A stretch of DNA of 32,869 nucleotides, from IMG/VR virus record IMGVR_UViG_3300011584_000016, positions 1 through 32,869 of that record; one strand, given 5' to 3'. Below the pieces are notes generated by a model. That model was not told the origin of the DNA. It did no database searches and worked only from the letters and a program-made list of their open reading frames with translations. The stretch's first letter is position 1; each line of letters opens with the position of its first letter. The stretch comes from a virus. Its lineage: Duplodnaviria; Heunggongvirae; Uroviricota; Caudoviricetes. Positions 1 through 6,673 of the stretch are shown here, piece after piece. The translations under genes and the position numbers were made by a program.

Positions 1-993
1 TTATATTTTCATCGTAGCTAATGGGTTTAATGTCACCGCATCAAACAAATGATCAGGGGCAAAGTGGGCATACGTCATCGTTTGTTGGATTTTGTGATGG
101 CCCAGGACTCGTTGAAGTACCAATATGTTTCCTCCGTTTGCCATGAAATGAGAGGCGAAAGTGTGCCTGAAAGCGTGAGTTGCCTGTCCGTCAGGTAGAT
201 CAGGAACAGCGCCTTTAATAACTTTTCGTGCAGTCTGATAGCTCGCATCCGGGAAAATCAGTTGTTTGTCGTGTACTTCAATCCTCTGCATTAACTCCAT
301 TTCCAGTTCCTTACCGATAGGAACTGAACGTGATTTGCCATTTTTGGTTTTTGTAAATGTCACCATGCCGTTAACCAGTCTCTGCCTGGTTAATTTTGCA
401 CCTTCACTCCATCGTGCACCGGTGGACAGACAAAGTTTGGCTATCAGCTTGTTGTCGCCTGTTAACTCTGTCAGAACCGTTCTAATCTGTTCGTCAGTAA
501 AATATCCCTGTTCTGATTCGGTCAGTTTCAGTTCTGCGAGTCCAGTCATTGGGTTGTTATCCCAGAATAGATCCAGTTCTTTCAATTTACTGAACACTGA
601 CTTCAAGTATCGTTGTTCATTATTTAACGTTTTTGGCGCGATCCCTTCTGCCCGCCGTTTTGTTCGGTACTCTGCAAAAAGCTGGGCGGTGAGTTGGGTT
701 ATACGTGGATTATTTAAGCGCGCGCATGAGGCATTCAAAATCCATAACCGGTTTTTGCAGTCGGTGAGCGTTTGCCCGTGGTTCTTCCACCACAATTCGA
801 TCAGTTCAGATAACCGACGCCGATCAGCTGGTTTTTCCAGCCATTCTTTATTATTAGCACTGGCTATTATCCAGCGTTCAAAGGTGACAGCCTCTGATTT
901 AGTGGAGAATGAACGCCTGACGCGCTTCCCGGAACGCCCCGCAGGCCGAACATCAACCATGTATTTTCCGTTGTCCTTTTTAGTAATGGTCAT
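1..993 (-). CDS. int: Phage tyrosine integrase (site-specific recombinase)
   Basis: 330-aa ORF; C-terminal region HAFRHTFASHF...LGH...TMTYAHF fits the tyrosine-recombinase catalytic R-H-R-Y pattern; sits at the prophage edge next to a repressor gene. Confidence 0.9.
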   Translation of the reverse strand: MTITKKDNGKYMVDVRPAGRSGKRVRRSFSTKSEAVTFERWIIASANNKEWLEKPADRRRLSELIELWWKNHGQTLTDCKNRLWILNASCARLNNPRITQLTAQLFAEYRTKRRAEGIAPKTLNNEQRYLKSVFSKLKELDLFWDNNPMTGLAELKLTESEQGYFTDEQIRTVLTELTGDNKLIAKLCLSTGARWSEGAKLTRQRLVNGMVTFTKTKNGKSRSVPIGKELEMELMQRIEVHDKQLIFPDASYQTARKVIKGAVPDLPDGQATHAFRHTFASHFMANGGNILVLQRVLGHHKIQQTMTYAHFAPDHLFDAVTLNPLATMKI

Positions 994-1097
994 TTGTCAT
1001 TTTCTCCGGCTGTGAATGCTGGTCGTCATTTGCTGACGAACTGAACTGGGTAACACGGGCAGCAATATATAACTGTTCAATTTGTTGCCAGTTCGGG

Positions 1098-1376
1098 TTA
1101 TTGGTTAATAGATTGTTTTGGCGAGCGAAGAGGGAAAAGCGCCGGATCGATTTGCCCGGATGATGCTGCGGTCTTATTTGTCATCATCCATAACGTATAT
1201 TTATTGAATCTGGGGTTTCGGGTGATCTTCAATAAATCAATATCAGGCAGCGTCATTATTATTTGCTGCCTGAATTGATACAGTGTCTTCTTCGAAATAT
1301 CACAAAACATCGCGAATTCGCAGATAGTGAGATTTTCAGCATTAATTATCAAGAATAAGCGGTTACGCAAGGACAT
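1098..1376 (-). CDS. P2 C-type repressor paralogue (HTH), integrase-proximal
   Basis: About 92 aa from the internal Met (MSLRNRL...); C-terminal PRFNKYTLWMMTNKTAASSGQIDP parallels PRFQKYTLWLMSDITAPEAGQIAP of the repressor at 2471-2731 and the C-terminus I recall for P2 C; start could instead be 1403. Confidence 0.6.
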   Translation of the reverse strand: MSLRNRLFLIINAENLTICEFAMFCDISKKTLYQFRQQIIMTLPDIDLLKITRNPRFNKYTLWMMTNKTAASSGQIDPALFPLRSPKQSINQ

Positions 1377-1419
1377 ATACACCTCGATTGCTATTATTGG
1401 CATTCAGGGCGCAAATGTA

Positions 1420-1437
1420 TTGTTCGCACACGAACAA
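1420..1437. promoter_or_regulatory. Operator-like inverted repeat TTGTTCG-CACA-CGAACAA upstream of the integrase-proximal repressor gene
   Basis: Perfect 7-bp arms with 4-bp spacer, about 45 bp upstream of the 1376 start, at the edge of an AT-rich promoter-like stretch (1440-1557). Confidence 0.35.
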
Positions 1438-1557
1438 ATTTTAGCCAAAACTGCTTATCAGTAATTCATGTATGTAATAAATGGTAATTATCAATCAATA
1501 TAAAATATATGTTGTATATTTTTTGTGTAATTTATTAAAAAGTAATATATCGCACAA

Positions 1558-1992
1558 TTAGAACAGCTCTTTTACCAAAGCGATTATGACTCCTGCTGTA
1601 GCGAAAAGGGCAGAGCATAGCCATATCATTTGCTTATGTAATCCCTTTGCAAGATCTTCCCTGGTTGCGGACCTGGACTCTTTGAGTTCGCCGCTAATCT
1701 GTGCCTTAAGCTCGCGCATATCTCCGGTCATCTGCGCACGGAGTTCTTTCATATCCCCAGTTATCTGCGCCTTGAGTTCACGCAGATCGCCCTTTGAGGC
1801 GAAGTCATCAGCGCGCGCGTTGAGATGGGTAAGTTCTTTAACAATTACACCGGTATTGTCTTCCAGTTTTTCAACGCGTTTTATTAGGCTGTTCATGCCG
1901 TTGCCTCCGTCGTCACTACTGTTTGTGGACTCATTATTTATGGGTACCTGACGTTCTCTTATATGATGAACATTATCCTTAGTCTGACTCAT
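1558..1992 (-). CDS. Coiled-coil protein with C-terminal transmembrane anchor (DUF1640-like), unknown function
   Basis: 144 aa; tandem heptad-like repeats GDLRELKAQITGDMKELRAQMTGDMRELKAQISGELKE then hydrophobic tail MIWLCSALFATAGVIIALV; overlaps the upstream gene by 14 nt. Confidence 0.6.
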   Translation of the reverse strand: MSQTKDNVHHIRERQVPINNESTNSSDDGGNGMNSLIKRVEKLEDNTGVIVKELTHLNARADDFASKGDLRELKAQITGDMKELRAQMTGDMRELKAQISGELKESRSATREDLAKGLHKQMIWLCSALFATAGVIIALVKELF

Positions 1993-2428
1993 TTTTGCAT
2001 TCCTTGCGATTCTCTTCTATCCATGCGACGACCGGGCGGGCGCGATAAATGCTGATATGCCCGCAGTTTGGGCAATTAATTTTATATTCGACATCGGCTA
2101 ATCTTATTTTTGTATGAGTATTCACAAACACGGGCGTTACATACCAGAGAGTATTATCAGCTGCGAATTTCTCCTGATCGATTTGCGATAAAGAGTCATA
2201 GTTTTCGGGAGTCTTTGCACCGTTATAAACTCCGTTTTCGGACATTGTTAATTTAGTAAATCCACATGATATGCAGAACTGAGCGGCGTTTTTTGACATC
2301 AAAAATTCAGCGAATAATTCAGGGGTAACTTGTTGTAGCCTTTTCATAAGTTCTGGTGATGGTTCTCCATAGCGGGAATTACGAGGTGGGCGTATTGGGG
2401 GTATAAATGTATCATTATCTTTTGACAT
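1979..2428 (-). CDS. Hypothetical zinc-ribbon protein (CISCG ... CPNCGH)
   Basis: 149-aa ORF with two Cys pairs about 70 residues apart; lies between the distal repressor gene and the coiled-coil gene on the same strand. Confidence 0.55.
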   Translation of the reverse strand: MSKDNDTFIPPIRPPRNSRYGEPSPELMKRLQQVTPELFAEFLMSKNAAQFCISCGFTKLTMSENGVYNGAKTPENYDSLSQIDQEKFAADNTLWYVTPVFVNTHTKIRLADVEYKINCPNCGHISIYRARPVVAWIEENRKECKNESD

Positions 2429-2470
2429 ACATTTTCCTTATGTATTATTCGCCCGCAGTGCGGGCGGTGA

Positions 2471-2731
2471 TTAACCGGTCTTTTTCTCTTCTTTGGTAAC
2501 TGGTGCTATCTGACCTGCTTCTGGTGCGGTGATGTCAGACATCAGCCATAGCGTGTATTTTTGAAAGCGCGGGTGTTGGGCGATTTTAACCAAAGCACTA
2601 CCACCAGGTTCATACCCCCCCGTTTCATATTTCCTAAGCGTATTTATAGATAAGTCAATAACTTCGCAAAACTCATTCTGACTAAGACCTTCGGCTGCTC
2701 TAATCGCTTTTAATTTTTCACCAAGTTTCAT
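2471..2731 (-). CDS. P2 C-type immunity repressor (XRE-like HTH), adjacent to the switch region
   Basis: HTH-like LSQNEFCEVIDLSINTLRKYE; C-terminal FQKYTLWLMSDITAPEAGQIAP resembles P2 C as I recall it; likely ATG at 2731 rather than the TTG at 2746 used by the ORF track. Confidence 0.7.
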   Translation of the reverse strand: MKLGEKLKAIRAAEGLSQNEFCEVIDLSINTLRKYETGGYEPGGSALVKIAQHPRFQKYTLWLMSDITAPEAGQIAPVTKEEKKTG

Positions 2732-2739
2732 TTGACAGT

Positions 2740-2785
2740 AGTCCAATTAGACATTAAATCTCCCTTCATGCAGTCTAATTAGACT
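2740..2785. promoter_or_regulatory. Switch-region operator-like sites: AGTCCAATTAGACA (2740-2753) and perfect palindrome AGTCTAATTAGACT (2772-2785)
   Basis: Two related 14-bp sites with centres 32 bp apart, between the divergent repressor gene (start 2731) and the first rightward gene (2829). Confidence 0.4.
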
Positions 2786-2828
2786 ACTTGAAGACAAGCG
2801 AAACCAATCTAAACAGACAGGATATCAA

Positions 2829-3248
2829 ATGACACCAGAGCAAAACAGAGCTTTACCCGCACATCAGGAGGCTGATCCTGGTTACTACCCGGTCGTTGAA
2901 CTGGCACAAGGCGCGTTTTTACCCGAACAGACTCAAAGCAATCATCAGCGCCGCGCTCGGCGATCCCCTGATAGTCGTTCTGAACGTGAACTAATGGCAA
3001 TTGACCGCGCACTGAAACATATCCTTAGTAGTGGCATTAAACCGGTTTTAACAGTGCAGGAATTTTCCGAATTCTTCGGACAGTCTTTGCGTAAGGTTCA
3101 AAGCGATGCTGAGCGCGGCTATCTGCCATTAGTGCCGCGTGTCGATCCAAATCGTCGCGAACTAAGACAAATCAATATGGTTGCATGGTATGCCAGAGCT
3201 TTTATGACTGCCGAAGCCAGCCTGACAAAAACGACAGCGTTTAATTGA
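2829..3248 (+). CDS. Putative Cox/excisionase-like early regulator
   Basis: First rightward ORF after the switch; AGGA 8 nt upstream of ATG; N-terminal 55 aa low-complexity so true start may be ATG 2994; assignment by position only. Confidence 0.4.
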   Translation: MTPEQNRALPAHQEADPGYYPVVELAQGAFLPEQTQSNHQRRARRSPDSRSERELMAIDRALKHILSSGIKPVLTVQEFSEFFGQSLRKVQSDAERGYLPLVPRVDPNRRELRQINMVAWYARAFMTAEASLTKTTAFN

Positions 3249-3256
3249 GAGGAAAA

Positions 3257-3493
3257 ATGTTTAATCCACTTAACACAGAAAAGGCGCGGGAAGTCGATCC
3301 GTTTTATGAAGGGTACGACGTGCCGGTATATGTGCAACCGGGTAAGCGACTGCCCGTCGCGATCGAATCCCGCGAAATGGAAATGGCAATTCTGGCCGCG
3401 TTTGATTACGGCATTGACGCACTGAACGATGACGGACGCCACCAACTGGACCGCCTGATCGCTGATCTAAAGCTTGCCATTACTGGCAGATAA
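3257..3493 (+). CDS. Hypothetical early protein
   Basis: GAGAGG RBS 6 nt before ATG 3257; about 79 aa. Confidence 0.5.
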   Translation: MFNPLNTEKAREVDPFYEGYDVPVYVQPGKRLPVAIESREMEMAILAAFDYGIDALNDDGRHQLDRLIADLKLAITGR

Positions 3494-3504
3494 ACGGGTG
3501 CGCA

Positions 3505-3726
3505 ATGAGCCAATATTTTTTTTCGGGGATATTTAATGTTGCGGTTTTTATTTTGGGGGCCGTTGTTGTTTGGTCCTACGGAAGATTAAAAAACAGTAGC
3601 AACAGAATCCGTTTTATTGACGCATTACACAGGGATATTGAAGCGGCGGCACCATTATTTTTAGATGTATTTTGTGGCTGGTTGCTAATATTTGGCGTCG
3701 TTTCCCTTTCAGAGTGTCTTTTATGA
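3505..3726 (+). CDS. Hypothetical small membrane protein
   Basis: 73-aa ORF with two hydrophobic stretches; weak RBS. Confidence 0.3.
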   Translation: MSQYFFSGIFNVAVFILGAVVVWSYGRLKNSSNRIRFIDALHRDIEAAAPLFLDVFCGWLLIFGVVSLSECLL

Positions 3727-3953
3727 GTGAACAACAAATTCCTTCATTCGCCAGTCTATTACGTAACGGTTGCCAGGTCACACATTGCAAATCGACGCGC
3801 GGCTGGATTGAAACACCGGACGGGCGTTATTTTAAGCCTGAACCGGCAAAAGTTCAGTTTATTAAGGGCAGAAACAGGCCTTTTGTATATACGCAAAAAA
3901 TAAACAGGGCCGTAATAGCCGCATTGATTAAATTAATTAAACGCTATTTTTAA
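3723..3953 (+). CDS. Hypothetical early protein
   Basis: About 76 aa from MSEQQ; ATGA overlap with the previous ORF suggests coupling. Confidence 0.4.
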   Translation: MSEQQIPSFASLLRNGCQVTHCKSTRGWIETPDGRYFKPEPAKVQFIKGRNRPFVYTQKINRAVIAALIKLIKRYF

Positions 3954-4030
3954 TTAACTGAATTTATTAAATATCACACATCACTTTAAAAAGTGGTGCG
4001 GATTCTTTCAACCTAAAAACGGGTAATTAT

Positions 4031-4246
4031 ATGTCTATGACTAAACGGGATGAATACAGTTTTGTATTGCATTCATTTTTACCGGAGCTTGAAGAGCGCG
4101 GAATGACTATAAAAACGCGTAACGCAGGCGAATTAACACTGGCATCAACAGATCCTGATGTTGTTGCATTTATACAATCCATGCGCCGTCGTCTTACTAA
4201 TGCGCTGAGCCGTCCATCTCTTCCCTCTTCACCATACGGAATCTAA
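4031..4246 (+). CDS. Hypothetical early protein
   Basis: 71-aa ORF ending 2 nt before the exonuclease gene. Confidence 0.4.
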   Translation: MSMTKRDEYSFVLHSFLPELEERGMTIKTRNAGELTLASTDPDVVAFIQSMRRRLTNALSRPSLPSSPYGI

Positions 4247-4248
4247 TC

Positions 4249-4836
4249 ATGAATAATATAATGATTGACATTGAAACATTAGACAATAAACCAACTGCCG
4301 CAATTGTTTCTATTGCTGCCGCATTTTTCGATCCCCGAACTGGCGAGATTGGGATGTCTATTTATATTCCCGTCAATGTTGCTGATGCTCAATACAAAGG
4401 GGCGACAATTGGTGCGGATACTGTTAAATGGTGGATGAAGCAAAATTTATGCGCAAGAGATGAGCTTGTATCTGATGCTGGCTTGCCTTTATCAGAGTCG
4501 CTCTATAAGTTGAACGATTTTTGTTGTTTTTGTGATGATTCAGACAATTTAAAAATATGGGCGCGCGGCACTGATTTTGATTTACCAGTTATTTATCACT
4601 CAATGCGCCTGACAGGGATTCGTCCGGCCTGGAATTTCTGGAATGCTCGCGACGTTAGAACGGTTGCAGAAATCGCGCTGACAATATGCGGTCATTCATC
4701 AATGCGCGCGGTTCTGGAACATCCGCATCACGCAATGAATGACGTTATTAACCAGATTGCCAGATTAAGCGACGATATCAAAAACATTTCTGCCGTTCGC
4801 GCGGAGAAGGTGAATCATGATTCGCCGGAAAAATGA
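4249..4836 (+). CDS. DnaQ-like (DEDD) 3'-5' exonuclease
   Basis: N-terminal IDIETLD (Exo I-like acidic motif) and C-terminal HHAMNDV (Exo III-like H-x4-D); 195 aa. Confidence 0.7.
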   Translation: MNNIMIDIETLDNKPTAAIVSIAAAFFDPRTGEIGMSIYIPVNVADAQYKGATIGADTVKWWMKQNLCARDELVSDAGLPLSESLYKLNDFCCFCDDSDNLKIWARGTDFDLPVIYHSMRLTGIRPAWNFWNARDVRTVAEIALTICGHSSMRAVLEHPHHAMNDVINQIARLSDDIKNISAVRAEKVNHDSPEK

Positions 4837-5038
4837 TAATTGCCCCGCCTGCGTTGTTGATCAGGCACACAATTTAATTAATGAATTCCGACAGGGTCGC
4901 CGCGATAAAGTGCGGCGGCTGGCGACTGGTTATCTGTCAATTGCAATCGGCAGATGTTGGCGGTTACTGAGTAAAAACGACGGCCAGCAATGGACTTTAT
5001 TAACTCACGAACGATATAACAAGGAATATAAAAAATGA
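4817..5038 (+). CDS. Hypothetical small protein (CPAC motif)
   Basis: 73-aa ORF overlapping the exonuclease 3' end by 20 nt and ending in ATGA overlap with the Dam gene. Confidence 0.35.
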   Translation: MIRRKNDNCPACVVDQAHNLINEFRQGRRDKVRRLATGYLSIAIGRCWRLLSKNDGQQWTLLTHERYNKEYKK

Positions 5039-6051
5039 TCAGACCGTTTTTGAAGTGGGCAGGTGGAAAAACTCGCGCTTTGCCTGAGCTGCTGCCGCAC
5101 TTGCCAAAGGGTTATTGTCTGATGGAACCATTTGTTGGCGGCGGTTCGGTATTTTTAAACACAAGTTATGATAAGTATGTTTTAGCTGATATTAATTCAG
5201 ATCTGATAAATACGTATGAAAACGTGAAACATCGCACTAATCTATTTATTGACGTTGCACGGGAATTATTTAAAGAAGGTAATTCAAAAGAATATTATTT
5301 AAAGATTCGCAAAGAATTTAACGAACTAAATACAAGTTACCACGAATGCGGTCGCCGCCCCTTATCACTGAGATTGTCGTTAATGCAGTCGGCGCGGTTT
5401 CTCTATTTGAATCGGCACGGTTATAACGGCGTTTGCCGCTATAACAATAAACTGGAATACAATGTTCCGTTTGGTCAACATAAGACAGCGCCGTATTTTC
5501 CCGAAGAGGAGATCCGGCGGTTTGCAGAAAAGGCGAATGATACAAACGCAGTGTTTCTCAATCTTAATTTTGATGACACATTATCAATGCTGACATTCGG
5601 GCCTAATCTCGTTATTTACTGCGATCCGCCATATTTACCCGCCAGCGAAACCGCAGACTTTACCACGTATTACGGACAGAGATTTACGCGGGACGATCAC
5701 TGCCGCTTAGTTCAGAAATTATTAGAAATAAGTGCGCGTGGTGCTGCAAAAGTTGTTATTTCAAACAGCGACACACCCGCCGCGCGAGAAATATACGTGT
5801 CGTTTACATTTCAGGAAATTAATGTTCAACGGTCAGTCAGTGCCAATACCAGCAAACGCGCGACTGCAAAAGAAGTGATCGGATATATCCCACATTGTGA
5901 ATATTGCGGGGGTCGTCTGATTACTGGCCGTCCGTGTAGTTGTGACACCCAACGCCGCACGGTTTGGGGTTGCCCTGATGGCGGCTGCGGAGCTTGTGAC
6001 AGTGTCGATCTTTGTGCGAGCGCGGGGAGTGAATTCTATGACCAGGACTAG
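5035..6051 (+). CDS. dam: DNA N6-adenine methyltransferase (Dam-like) with Cys-rich C-terminal extension
   Basis: N-terminal FLKWAGGK (AdoMet motif) and catalytic DPPY; C-terminal about 60 aa carry 9 Cys (HCEYCGG...CSCD...GCPDGGCGACDSVDLC). Confidence 0.85.
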   Translation: MIRPFLKWAGGKTRALPELLPHLPKGYCLMEPFVGGGSVFLNTSYDKYVLADINSDLINTYENVKHRTNLFIDVARELFKEGNSKEYYLKIRKEFNELNTSYHECGRRPLSLRLSLMQSARFLYLNRHGYNGVCRYNNKLEYNVPFGQHKTAPYFPEEEIRRFAEKANDTNAVFLNLNFDDTLSMLTFGPNLVIYCDPPYLPASETADFTTYYGQRFTRDDHCRLVQKLLEISARGAAKVVISNSDTPAAREIYVSFTFQEINVQRSVSANTSKRATAKEVIGYIPHCEYCGGRLITGRPCSCDTQRRTVWGCPDGGCGACDSVDLCASAGSEFYDQD

Positions 6052-6235
6052 TGCGCCCGCCGTCATTACCCGTGTATTTGACATATGGGAAATAAAAAAG
6101 AATGAGCAGTATTTAATTGATGCCGAAGTGTTTATTGACGGGTTTTACCGCAATGAACAGATCACGCGTTCCACGCGATATCAGGCAATTAGAGTTTTAC
6201 CCGGTGACAATATTGATTTGAGGGGTGCGGAATGA
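6038..6235 (+). CDS. Hypothetical small protein
   Basis: About 65 aa from ATG 6038 with GGGGAG upstream; the ORF-track start at 5942 lies inside the Dam gene. Confidence 0.35.
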   Translation: MTRTSAPAVITRVFDIWEIKKNEQYLIDAEVFIDGFYRNEQITRSTRYQAIRVLPGDNIDLRGAE

Positions 6236-6636
6236 CAATTCACATAGTAGCGATTCAGCCGGATTATTTTCAGCCAGTGTTAAAACGCGAAAGACGCGCG
6301 GTGCTGTTAAATGAGGGGGATTATATAAAAGAAGATTTTTTATTTATCCGTGAGTTTGTTTTTGACGATACAGGAAAGAATCCGCCAACGGCGACAGGGG
6401 CTTGTGTCGCCGGGGTGATTACTGATGTTTATAAGACGGGGACTGGCGATGTTTTGCTGAGTTTTGATCTGTTATTTGTGTATAGCTATGTGCTTATTAA
6501 TTGGGGTCTGACAAGAGGTGATCTGCTTAAACTGAGTATTTACCCTGACTTTCTTGAAGAGCTTTTTACCGCGCACCCTCATTCGCCCGTATTTTACGCG
6601 ATCGCTTACCGCATGATTGAAGAGGCGGATTTATGA
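6232..6636 (+). CDS. Hypothetical protein, possibly ASCH/DUF3850-like
   Basis: 134-aa ORF coupled to the upstream gene by ATGA overlap; fold call is from general resemblance only. Confidence 0.4.
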   Translation: MTIHIVAIQPDYFQPVLKRERRAVLLNEGDYIKEDFLFIREFVFDDTGKNPPTATGACVAGVITDVYKTGTGDVLLSFDLLFVYSYVLINWGLTRGDLLKLSIYPDFLEELFTAHPHSPVFYAIAYRMIEEADL

Positions 6637-6673
6637 CCGCCTATTACAACGAAATCGATCCATTCGCTGCTCT

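Noticed and set aside
266-1015. 249-aa plus-strand ORF antisense to the integrase
   Set aside because: Entirely nested opposite a well-supported integrase gene, Ser/Leu-rich low-complexity translation, no RBS; typical antisense shadow ORF.
1586-1951. 121-aa plus-strand ORF overlapping the coiled-coil gene
   Set aside because: Antisense to a repeat-containing coding region; the repetitive translation (ICALSSR repeated) is an artefact of the opposite-strand repeats.
2809-3012. 67-aa minus-strand ORF in the switch / cox-like region
   Set aside because: Overlaps the start of the first rightward gene and has no credible start context; the region is better explained as promoter/operator plus the rightward gene.
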